Counted from the first letter of the stretch, positions 9,502 through 18,947 are shown. The stretch: 31,879 bases of DNA from Promethearchaeota archaeon (GCA_016926735.1 JAFGOA010000134.1:1-31879); one strand, 5' to 3'. Notes: generated from the letters alone by a model not told the origin. Translations and numbers: made by a program.

Positions 9502-11559
9502 ATGAAGATTTTGTTAATACATTCAAAAAATGTCGAAGTTCATAAAAATAAAGAAGCAACAACAAACCCTCAAGAATTTAAAGAAAATCTTATTAAAATG
9601 GAGGGATTAGTATTAGTTGCTTTTGTTTCTGTTGAAGATCAAGATACATATGATATTGAAATTATCTCAAAACAAGGAGCGGACGTAATTGAGGAAGCTA
9701 TTTTATCTATTACCGGATTCCCGGAGAAAATTAAACAGAAAAATGACATCATTAGAGAACATAATAAAAACATAGAGAGCGATAAAATAAAAGGAAATCC
9801 TAAAAAGATTCAAGAATTAATTTTAGATAGGTCTATGTATAATGTAGATAAAGTACTAGTCTACCCTTGGGCTCATTTAAGTAAATTTTTAAGTAACGAT
9901 TCCAAGGCGATGGATGTATGCCCTAAAATAGCTGAGATTTTAAAAGAAAAAGGAATTGAAGCTAATTTTTCTCCTTTTGGGTGGTATAAGTCATTTAAAC
10001 TAAATTGTTTAGGACATGAATTAGCAGAAATGCACAGAGATGTAAAATTATTTATTCAACCAGATGAACATATTGCAAATACACAGTTTAAAGTTCTTAT
10101 TCCTGAAGGAAAAGAATTAGATATTGAATTTGATAAAGATAAAAACTTTAAAAAGGTGATTGGTCTTGAAGATAAGGATTTTATTCTTTTTCTTAAATCT
10201 GAGCTAGGAACAAGAAGAATAGATAAAGGGGAAGACCCAGCCCATATAAAAATAATGAAAGAGTTTGAGTTAATTGATTTTGAACCTAATTCTGACTTTG
10301 GTAATTTAAGATGGTATACTAAGGGAATGATAATGAAGAATCTAATAAAACAATATTTAGAAAATTCTCTTATTGATTTTGGAGCAATTATGATAGAGAC
10401 TCCAATAATGTATACTGTGAAGAATCATAAATTAACAGCTCAAACTGCTAGATTCCCCGCAAGAACATATTGGGTAGAATCTGGAAAAAATAGGTTTTTA
10501 TTAAGGTTCGCAGGAGATTTCCTTCAATTTGATATGTTTAGTGGTATGAATTTAAAACCACAATATTTCCCCTTAAGAGTCTATGAATGGGAACAATATG
10601 ATTTCAGAAGAGAACAAGAAGGAGAATTAACGGGTTTAAGAAGATTAAGAGGATTTGTTATGCCCGATTTTCATACGCTATGCAAAGATTTAGATTCATC
10701 AATAGAAGAATTTAAAAAACAATATCAATTAGATAAAACTCTAATGGAAGATCTGGGATTAAAATCTTATATAATTTTTAGAACAACCCAGAATTTTTAT
10801 AAGGAAAATAAGAATTGGATAAAAGATTTAGTTAAAGCAGAAAATCAACCAGCATTCATAGAATTATGGGAAGATAGATATTATTATTTTATTTTAAAAT
10901 TTGAAAGAGCTGTGTTATCTGCTCAAGATAAAAGTGCAACATTAGCAACAATACAAATAGATGTCGAAAGTGCATTGGAATATATTGAACAAGAGGGTAA
11001 AAGGCGTGAAAAATATAATATATCTTTTATAGATACAGACGGGGATAAAAAACATCCAATAATTTTACATAATGCTCCTGCAGGAGGTCTAGAAAGGATT
11101 TTATGGGGATTAATTGAAACCGCAGAAAGAGAAAAAAGTGAAAGAGTCTCTGGCTTTAAACTATGGCTTTCACCAATACAAGTTCGTATCATACCAGTTG
11201 GGATGGACCAATATAAGTATGCTGAAGAAATATTAGAAATAATTAATAAAAAAGGATATCGTGCTGACTTTGATGATCGAGATGAAAAGTTAGGAAAGAA
11301 AATTCGAAGTTCAGAAATAGATTGGATACCTTATACTATAATAATAGGAAATAATGAACAACAAAACCAAACAGTTTCGATAAGAAAACGCCTTATTGGA
11401 GAGAAATTAGATGAGAAAAAAAATACCTCTGAACAAATTAACAATATAAAATTAGAACAATTATTAAAAATGTTAGAAAATGAAACGAAAGGATATCCTA
11501 TTTATAAACTTCCAATTCCCTTTAGAAAATTTTCTACAAAAATATCATTCAGAAAATAG
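9502..11559 (+). CDS. thrS: Threonyl-tRNA synthetase, archaeal type with N-terminal DTD-like editing domain
   Basis: MKILLIHS, YPWAHLS, PFGWYKSF..CLGH.LAE editing domain; FRREQEGELTGLRRLR; GGLER; WLSPIQVRIIPV anticodon domain. Confidence 0.96.
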   Translation: MKILLIHSKNVEVHKNKEATTNPQEFKENLIKMEGLVLVAFVSVEDQDTYDIEIISKQGADVIEEAILSITGFPEKIKQKNDIIREHNKNIESDKIKGNPKKIQELILDRSMYNVDKVLVYPWAHLSKFLSNDSKAMDVCPKIAEILKEKGIEANFSPFGWYKSFKLNCLGHELAEMHRDVKLFIQPDEHIANTQFKVLIPEGKELDIEFDKDKNFKKVIGLEDKDFILFLKSELGTRRIDKGEDPAHIKIMKEFELIDFEPNSDFGNLRWYTKGMIMKNLIKQYLENSLIDFGAIMIETPIMYTVKNHKLTAQTARFPARTYWVESGKNRFLLRFAGDFLQFDMFSGMNLKPQYFPLRVYEWEQYDFRREQEGELTGLRRLRGFVMPDFHTLCKDLDSSIEEFKKQYQLDKTLMEDLGLKSYIIFRTTQNFYKENKNWIKDLVKAENQPAFIELWEDRYYYFILKFERAVLSAQDKSATLATIQIDVESALEYIEQEGKRREKYNISFIDTDGDKKHPIILHNAPAGGLERILWGLIETAEREKSERVSGFKLWLSPIQVRIIPVGMDQYKYAEEILEIINKKGYRADFDDRDEKLGKKIRSSEIDWIPYTIIIGNNEQQNQTVSIRKRLIGEKLDEKKNTSEQINNIKLEQLLKMLENETKGYPIYKLPIPFRKFSTKISFRK

Positions 11560-11573
11560 TTTTTTTTAAGAAA

Positions 11574-12200
11574 ATGGAAATTAAGGTAATATTATTTGAT
11601 TTAGGCGGTGTTTTAATTAACATAGATTTTTTTAATTTTAAACAACTTTTATTAAAATTTAAAAATACAAATAAAAGAAAGGAAATTTTAGACCAAGAAT
11701 ATGAATTAATTTTTAAAAAATATCATCAAGGATTGATATCAGATACCATATTTTATGAAGAAATTTGCGCTATTTTTAATATAGAAGAACAAACTCTATC
11801 AAAATCTTTTTTTTTTAAAGAATTTAATAAAATTATTCTTAATTTGAATGAAGGAGTATTTATTATCTTAAAAAAAATAACAGAAAAGAAAAGATATAAT
11901 CTCATTTGTCTTTCTAACATTAATTCAAGTCATTTAAATATTTTAAAGAAAAAATTTAGGGGATTATTGGTATATTTTAATGAATTAGTATTTTCCAATG
12001 AATACCATAGTGTAAAACCAGATCAAGAGATTTATAAAATAATTGTCCAAAAAACTCAATGTATACCTGGAGAAATATTATTAATTGATGATAGTATTGA
12101 AAATATAGAAGTGGCAAAAAAAATCGGATTTCAGGGAATCCTTTACAAAAATATAAATGATTTATTAGATAAGTTATACAATTTTGGTATAAATCTTTAG
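11574..12200 (+). CDS. HAD-superfamily hydrolase (YihX/sEH-N-like)
   Basis: FDLGGVL motif I, LSN motif II, KPD motif III, IDD motif IV. Confidence 0.9.
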   Translation: MEIKVILFDLGGVLINIDFFNFKQLLLKFKNTNKRKEILDQEYELIFKKYHQGLISDTIFYEEICAIFNIEEQTLSKSFFFKEFNKIILNLNEGVFIILKKITEKKRYNLICLSNINSSHLNILKKKFRGLLVYFNELVFSNEYHSVKPDQEIYKIIVQKTQCIPGEILLIDDSIENIEVAKKIGFQGILYKNINDLLDKLYNFGINL

Positions 12201-12246
12201 AAAATAAAGTCAATAAAATATAAAAATTTTAAAAATTCTCAAAAAT

Positions 12247-12747
12247 CTAAGTCTCTTCAATACAAGCTTTTGCTATTTTTTTAAAAGCTAAAATAACATT
12301 TTCACCTGTTTTTGCAGAGGTTTCTAAGTATTCACAATTTAACCTTTTAGCTAAATCTTTTGCTTCTTGTTCATCAACTTTTCGCTCTAAATCATTCTTA
12401 TTCCCAATAAGAATCATAGGAATAGTTTTTTTAACTGATTTTTTAATAGATGAAATCCATCCAGGTATTTTTAATAATGATTGAGGATCAGTTATATCAT
12501 AAATGCCTAAAGCCGCATTACTTCCTTTAAAATATATTGTTCGAAGTTTTGCAAATGTATCTTGACCACCAATATCCCAAATTAATAATCTCACATCATT
12601 TTCATTTATTTTTAGATCTTTAATGAGAAAATTACTTCCTATTGTCTTTTTTAGGTCATGTGTAAAATGATCTTTAATATATCTTAATAAAAGAGAAGTT
12701 TTTCCTACTCCTGCTGGACCAAATAATGTGATTTTTAGCTTATACAT
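12247..12747 (-). CDS. Ras-superfamily small GTPase, Rab-like
   Basis: G1 GPAGVGKTS, G2 TIG, G3 IWDIGGQ, G4 GNKND, G5 ETSAKTG. Confidence 0.93.
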   Translation of the reverse strand: MYKLKITLFGPAGVGKTSLLLRYIKDHFTHDLKKTIGSNFLIKDLKINENDVRLLIWDIGGQDTFAKLRTIYFKGSNAALGIYDITDPQSLLKIPGWISSIKKSVKKTIPMILIGNKNDLERKVDEQEAKDLAKRLNCEYLETSAKTGENVILAFKKIAKACIEET

Positions 12748-13443
12748 TTTGAGAATTCTCGTAAAGCGTTTTTTTTTATTTGTTACTTAGGTTTTTTTAA
12801 AGTCTTAAATGTTAAATAATATTTAATATATATAACTAATCAATATATATATGCATTTATTTTACGATGTAACTTTCTTTAAACTTATTAAACCTTTATA
12901 TAAATTAATTTTTTATATAGTTTGGTTTGATTTTCCAATCATTAATATATAATTGATTATTAGAGACTAAAGTAGCAGAACGAGTTAATTTTATATTTCT
13001 ACCTAGAAAGAAATAAAGAATATTATTAAGAATCTCCTTAAACTAACAAATACTAAAAGACGTGGTTTTCTGGTGGAAGACAGATAAATATATAAATAGT
13101 GAGAAAATAAACCAAGATTAAAAACATAGTTCTTTAGTAATATTTGGACTTTTAGGTACGATCTAAATCGAAAGAGCTTGAAAAATAAATGTTATTAACC
13201 CATTTATAAAATAAAAAATTGAAATATCTATAAATTTTTAAAAAAAAATAGTTGAAAATCAATGTTGAATTTGAGAAATGATGAGAAGAATTGGACCTAA
13301 CAATCCTAAGACTTTAAAATTTAAAACATATTTTAGTTTCATTATATTTAAATTGTAAATAATCTTGAATTAAATACTATTAAATAAAATTTTTATGAAA
13401 TATTAATATTCTTTGATTTTAAAAATAAAAATTGCTTCGGAGT

Positions 13444-14730
13444 ATGTCTGAGATAGTAACTGAGAAAAAAAAAAAAATTATAGAGGAAAAAGATTTATCC
13501 TCCCTAATTGAAATAGGAATTAATGATATAAATGAAGATAATAAAAACAAAAATTCAAAAAAAAGATTAGATTCAATTGATTTTGTTAAAGGACTTGCAA
13601 TAAACCTAATAGTTTTGTCTCATTTATCAGATACATGGTTAAGTTCAGAATGGAGATTTCTTTTTGCAATTGGAACTGCTCCTTTAGATATCTTTGGTCC
13701 TTCATTATTTATAATGTTATCATCTCTATCAGTAATTTTTAGTATAAAGAAAAAGCAAGACTTGATTCCCAATAAAGTAATTCGAAATAAAATACTATTT
13801 AGAGGGATTGCAATAATGTTACTTGGGACAACATTTAATATTTCTTTACCTCGTGAACCAATATATGATATAGTACCTTTTAATATATTTCCTTTCACTT
13901 TATTTGGTTGGAATATATTATTTTTCTTAGGATTTACACAGATAGCATCATATTATATCTTAAAATTAAACATAAAAGTAAGAGCGCTTATAGGTGTCTT
14001 GATAATTGTTCTTGGACCAATATTAAGAGAAACAATTTATTATTCAATAGATGCTCACCCAATATTTTTATGGTTAAATTTTTTCATAACATCACCAGTT
14101 CCTCAACTTCCTTTTTTTCCTTGGATATCAATTTGTTTTATATCAACAGTTTTTGGAGAATTTCTCTATAAAATGATGACTCAAAATACAGAAAATGCAT
14201 TGATTAGATTATATAAAGTATTTTTAATTTCAGGTATTGTCTTTGTTATTTCAGGAATAATTATTGGTTTTAGATTACAAACATTATCAACAATAGATAT
14301 AAATTTATATGAAACAGTAGATTGGCTAGCTATAGCAAATAATCAAAATTTTATATCATTTCAATTTCCTGGAATCCCGGAGTTCTTAATTAGAAGTACA
14401 ATATCAAATTCATTTTATCTTTTGGGGTTTGCTTTAGTAATTATGGCGATTAGCATTTATTATATAGATATTAAGGGAAAAAAAGGTATTTTTAATAGAA
14501 TGTTGATTTTTTATGGAAAAGTGTCACTAACTCTTTTCTTGCTAATCTTCTTATTAGGATTTTTATTTGCGGCAGGACTTCCTTTGTGGTTTTTCTTATG
14601 TGTATATTTTTGTGTTGTTGGACTATTAGGTTTTCTTATGTATATTTGGAAACTTTTTTTTAAAGGAATTGGAACACCAGAATGGATAATGGAAAAAATA
14701 TCTTCTATTTCCCAAAAGAAAAAAAAATAA
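13444..14730 (+). CDS. Multi-pass membrane acyltransferase, HGSNAT/DUF1624-like
   Basis: 'RLDSIDFVKGLAINLIVLSH' N-terminal motif, NILFFLG, PFFPW, YGKVSLTLF; about 10-11 hydrophobic segments. ATG at 13444 (TTG at 13432 possible). Confidence 0.75.
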   Translation: MSEIVTEKKKKIIEEKDLSSLIEIGINDINEDNKNKNSKKRLDSIDFVKGLAINLIVLSHLSDTWLSSEWRFLFAIGTAPLDIFGPSLFIMLSSLSVIFSIKKKQDLIPNKVIRNKILFRGIAIMLLGTTFNISLPREPIYDIVPFNIFPFTLFGWNILFFLGFTQIASYYILKLNIKVRALIGVLIIVLGPILRETIYYSIDAHPIFLWLNFFITSPVPQLPFFPWISICFISTVFGEFLYKMMTQNTENALIRLYKVFLISGIVFVISGIIIGFRLQTLSTIDINLYETVDWLAIANNQNFISFQFPGIPEFLIRSTISNSFYLLGFALVIMAISIYYIDIKGKKGIFNRMLIFYGKVSLTLFLLIFLLGFLFAAGLPLWFFLCVYFCVVGLLGFLMYIWKLFFKGIGTPEWIMEKISSISQKKKK

Positions 14731-14785
14731 AATAATAAGAAAAATTGCACATGCTTTCTTGCTTTCAAAATTTGTTTTTCTGAAC

Positions 14786-16075
14786 TCAATATATTACAAA
14801 ATCTTTAGATAATAAGTAATTCTTTATAATTTCAACTTTCTCCAAAGATTTTTCCAATGATTTCTCTTTGGTAACTATAAAACAGGAAAGATATTTATTA
14901 TCTAAAGAGATTGGAGGCACTATAAATTCAGGAAATAGTTTTAATAATTCAGGATTAAAATCATCTTGAATTTTAATCTTAGTAAGATTTCCATTATTAA
15001 TTAAATTGAATTTTAAAAAGACAGAATTATTTTCTATCTTAGTTATGTCATCATCCATTATGTTTGATTTTGATCTTACAATAAGATCAGCGGGATTTCT
15101 ATTCAAAACATTTCTTAATCCTAAATATGAAGTAGTGATTCTTGGATTAATCTCAATAAATGAGATTTTATGTTTATTTTGAATAAAATCAATTCCAAAT
15201 AACCCATTAAATTGGCAAAATTTGATGTGATTTAAAATTTCAGAGACTTTTTTATATAATTTTTTATAGTTTGAATAGGGCGTATAACCTCCAAGATAAT
15301 TGATGGAATTATTTATTTTAGAGAGAGCTATCTTTTGAGTATTGATTGATAATATTTTTGTTCTGTATTCATTATTTTCAGGAGAATAATAGTTCATTAA
15401 CGATAAACTTAAAGATTCCCCATTAACATATTCTTGCAAGAGAAAATTTCTTTCAATATCTAGAGTCTTTAATTTTTCTGCAAGAATATTTTTAATTTGG
15501 TCCTTTTTACTAATATATATAATCGACTCTGCTCCAACTCCATCATCAGGTTTGATTATTATAGGAGATTGAATAATGTTATATTTGCTAATAATAAACT
15601 CTTTATTTGGAATTCTATGCTCCATTGGTATTTTAAATGTTTTTGGAGTTTCTAATTTATTTTTTTTAAAGAATTTGTATGTTTTATATTTATATGTTCC
15701 AATCTCAATACCTTTAATATCAATACTTAGAAGTTTTTTATTATTGATTTTTACTATTTCTGTTAGATTTTTTAATATTTCAGAAGATTCAGGAGCAACG
15801 ATAAAACAAAATTCATTTTTTTTTACCATATTTTTGAAAATGGATATATAATTCATATTGGAATTAATATAAAAAATTAAATCCACATCTAGTAAATTTT
15901 GAAAATGTCTAATCCTATTATCTAAAAGTGTAGAAATTTTAAAACCTAATCTTTTAAAATCATTGATAATTGCTCTCATCATTCCAAAACCTTCACAAAA
16001 CAATGAAGATGGAATTGAACTTTTATTTAATCCGCCTCCAGATATAAACTCAAAGACAAAAAGTGATTTTTCCAT
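14786..16075 (-). CDS. ATP-grasp ligase, tyramine--L-glutamate ligase (MfnD)-like
   Basis: N-terminal FVFEFISGGG...EGFGMM, IVAPE, IIKPDDGVGA, QEYVNG, INTQ, YLGG, GIDF, IEINPRITTSY: the pattern of the MfnD/methanofuran-related ATP-grasp family. Confidence 0.72.
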   Translation of the reverse strand: MEKSLFVFEFISGGGLNKSSIPSSLFCEGFGMMRAIINDFKRLGFKISTLLDNRIRHFQNLLDVDLIFYINSNMNYISIFKNMVKKNEFCFIVAPESSEILKNLTEIVKINNKKLLSIDIKGIEIGTYKYKTYKFFKKNKLETPKTFKIPMEHRIPNKEFIISKYNIIQSPIIIKPDDGVGAESIIYISKKDQIKNILAEKLKTLDIERNFLLQEYVNGESLSLSLMNYYSPENNEYRTKILSINTQKIALSKINNSINYLGGYTPYSNYKKLYKKVSEILNHIKFCQFNGLFGIDFIQNKHKISFIEINPRITTSYLGLRNVLNRNPADLIVRSKSNIMDDDITKIENNSVFLKFNLINNGNLTKIKIQDDFNPELLKLFPEFIVPPISLDNKYLSCFIVTKEKSLEKSLEKVEIIKNYLLSKDFVIY

Positions 16076-16298
16076 TAAAATCTATTTTTTATTTAATTTT
16101 AAAAGATAAAAAAGTATTTTGTTAAAATTATATAGTTTTAATAAAAAATCAATCTAAAATTTTATTAGAATAAATAAAAGGGTTGATTAAAAGAAAATAG
16201 ATTAATTAAAAAAAAAATATCAAATAAATTTTTTAGAAACTGATGAATAATTTACATAATTTGGATTTATTGAAAAAAATTTATTAAAAAAGATTATT

Positions 16299-17537
16299 AT
16301 GCAATTTTTTACCGAAGAAGAGATCCTTCAAAGAATACGATATCTCCATTTTAAAATAAAACATTTGGAGAAGGCTCTCTTTAAACAAGAAGAAGATATT
16401 GATTTGGAAGAATTAAATTTTGTTTTAGAATATACAAAGATCTTAAATATCAATTATGGACAAGATAATCATACTTCAATATTAAAACGATTTGAAATTA
16501 CTCAATTATTTCATGATCCAGAGATTGATAAAGACATTCAAATAACAGATATTATGTTTGAGTGCGCTAGAGTCTTATGGATATTAGCTAAATTATATTC
16601 CCAAATATCAGAAAAATTTGAAAATGAAGATCAATATCAAAATGCTATTATTGCAATGGTTGAAAGCAGTAAAATGTACAAATCTTCGGCATATTTTAGT
16701 GCAGCAGCAGTAAATCAACATGAGATTGGAGAGACATTAAAATCTGAAAATTTAGAATTGAATTCAGAAGAAACTCGAATTATTGCACAAAGCATAGCTG
16801 CCTCAAAAGAGGAAAATCATAATAATATATATTTTGCATCAAAATTATATGCTGGTCTTTCTGCTCTTTCAAAAAGATTATTTTATTTAAGAAAGCATAA
16901 TGAAAAAAAGAAACAACAGATAAGAGCTCAATTTCATTATGATATGGGTAAATCATGCTATTTAAAAGCACAAGCATCAATTGAATCCTCAATTACAACC
17001 ATTAATCAAGAAAAAGTAGGTAGATTAAAGCAAAAAGCAAATTTTTATTATAAAAAAGCAGAACAAATATGGAAAGGAATGCTTGATTCTCTATCTGACA
17101 TATCTCCTAAAGAAAGATCAACAATCAATGATAATATCGCAGTTGTTCGAGAGCATATAAATCAAAACAGCGTTGATGAATTAGATTATAATGAAGTAAA
17201 AAAAATTCAAGATCCTGAACCTATAATTGTTGTTCCTGAAAATTTAGCTCCTTTTGTACCAAAATCTATAATATATATGACGAAATTTGTACCTAAAGAT
17301 GTTAATGAAAAACGGTTTGTTAAATTTAAACAACAAAAACTAGAAAAGAAGATTCCTTATTCTAAAAAGGAAAAATTATTAGATAAAAAAGCTGGAGTTC
17401 TTAGAACTATAAATGAATTAAAACTATTAAGAGAAAATAAGGAGTTAGATATCGACAAATATACTGAGATGATGGAAAAGTATTCTACTAAAATAGTTAT
17501 GATAGATACTGCTCTTGAAAAGTTAGGAAAAAAATAA
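16299..17537 (+). CDS. All-helical protein, probable Bro1-like domain plus C-terminal helical hairpin
   Basis: 412-aa ATG ORF, clearly coding. Collinear resemblance to Bro1-domain motifs (FHD...FECARVLWILAKLYSQIS; IIAQSIAASK; SKL; CYLKA; VGRL; N......YNEV....PEPI). The domain call is inference. Confidence 0.6.
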   Translation: MQFFTEEEILQRIRYLHFKIKHLEKALFKQEEDIDLEELNFVLEYTKILNINYGQDNHTSILKRFEITQLFHDPEIDKDIQITDIMFECARVLWILAKLYSQISEKFENEDQYQNAIIAMVESSKMYKSSAYFSAAAVNQHEIGETLKSENLELNSEETRIIAQSIAASKEENHNNIYFASKLYAGLSALSKRLFYLRKHNEKKKQQIRAQFHYDMGKSCYLKAQASIESSITTINQEKVGRLKQKANFYYKKAEQIWKGMLDSLSDISPKERSTINDNIAVVREHINQNSVDELDYNEVKKIQDPEPIIVVPENLAPFVPKSIIYMTKFVPKDVNEKRFVKFKQQKLEKKIPYSKKEKLLDKKAGVLRTINELKLLRENKELDIDKYTEMMEKYSTKIVMIDTALEKLGKK

Positions 17538-17685
17538 CCTGTTATCAAATATATCAACTCAAAAAATTCCTCTTTTTTTGATTTATAAATAAAATTACTA
17601 ATTCAAAAGTTCCTAAAAAACACTTAAATATTCTTAAGAAGAAAAGAGTGCTTTTCTTTTTATTTTAGGTAACTTTAAATAAATT

Positions 17686-17952
17686 ATGTCAGATCTTCTC
17701 CAATTATTAATTTATATGAAAAATATGTTTTCTGATATAATATACATAAATGGAGTTATAGCAACTCAATTAACCCAGATTGTAGAAAAATTATCAGTAC
17801 TTAATGATGTAAATAACTCATTAAAAGATAACAAATCTATTTCAGAACATAAAGAATTAATGTTGAATGTTCTTGAGATAATTAAAAAATATAAAGGTAA
17901 TACCGAAGAATTTAAAAATCTTGAGGACCAAATTCTTAAAAATAAGAATTAG
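17686..17952 (+). CDS. Hypothetical small helical protein
   Basis: 88-aa ATG ORF in a gap upstream of prs; amphipathic helical pattern; no recognised family. Confidence 0.65.
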   Translation: MSDLLQLLIYMKNMFSDIIYINGVIATQLTQIVEKLSVLNDVNNSLKDNKSISEHKELMLNVLEIIKKYKGNTEEFKNLEDQILKNKN

Positions 17953-18029
17953 TAAGATCGCAATTGCTTAAAAATTAATTTAATGAAATAATTATAAAAT
18001 ACAAATTAAAAAAACATTATAAAGAACTG

Positions 18030-18941
18030 ATGCTAGATAAAGAAAAAATATTGATTATTGGTTCTGCATCTCAGATTTTAGGAATAAAAATTGCGAATAA
18101 ACTAGGGATTGAATGTATTGATACAGAGTTTAAAACATTTCCTGATGGAGAAAACTATCTTCGAATTAATGTAGAGGATGAGACAATTTTAGAAGGAAAG
18201 GAAATAATTATTGTGCAATCGACAGGACCAAGTGTTAGAAATAATCAAAATGCTCAATTTTTTGAACTATTAATGATGATCGATGCTGTGAAACGCATTG
18301 GGCCAAAAAAAATAGTTGTTGTTGTCCCTTATCTTGCGTATGCAAGACAAGATAAGATTTTTAGGCCTGGAGAAACTAGATTCATAAGAACTCTTTTAAG
18401 AATTATAAATTCTATGGAAATAGATGAATTTTATGTCGTAGATTTACACGAACCAAAAGTATTAGAAGAAATGTCCTGCAAATCTGTTAATATTGATTCG
18501 ATGAAACTATTAGCAGAATATATTAAATCACTTGGAGCTGAAAATATTGTAGTTTTATCACCAGATAAGGGCGCTATTGAAAGATCTAAAACTTTCGCAA
18601 AATATTTTGGAAATAATGTTTCTTTAAAAGTCTTTGAAAAAGAAAGATGTGTAAAAACAGGAGATATTAAAATGACTGGTTCTTTTAATTTAGAAAATAA
18701 AGACGTTGTCATTTCTGACGATATAATTGCGACTGGAGGAACTATGGCAACGGCAATTAAGTTAGCAAAACAAAATGGTGCAAACAAAGTATATGCTGTA
18801 GCTACTCATGCATTGTTATTAAAAAATGCAAAATATCTTATTTTAAAAGCAGGAGCAGATGAAATAATTGGAACAGATTCAATAGATAATGAAGTATCTA
18901 AAGTTTCATTAGCAAATGCAATAATTGATTATTTGAAATAA
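18030..18941 (+). CDS. prs: Ribose-phosphate pyrophosphokinase
   Basis: FPDGE, PYLAYARQDK, VDLH, SPDKGA, DDIIATGGT, ATH and GTDSI motifs. Confidence 0.96.
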   Translation: MLDKEKILIIGSASQILGIKIANKLGIECIDTEFKTFPDGENYLRINVEDETILEGKEIIIVQSTGPSVRNNQNAQFFELLMMIDAVKRIGPKKIVVVVPYLAYARQDKIFRPGETRFIRTLLRIINSMEIDEFYVVDLHEPKVLEEMSCKSVNIDSMKLLAEYIKSLGAENIVVLSPDKGAIERSKTFAKYFGNNVSLKVFEKERCVKTGDIKMTGSFNLENKDVVISDDIIATGGTMATAIKLAKQNGANKVYAVATHALLLKNAKYLILKAGADEIIGTDSIDNEVSKVSLANAIIDYLK

Positions 18942-18947
18942 TTAAAA

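Noticed and set aside
12247-12270. C-terminal Cys of the GTPase (ACIEET) as a prenylation signal
   Set aside because: It does not fit CaaX, CC or CxC, and there is no hypervariable linker.
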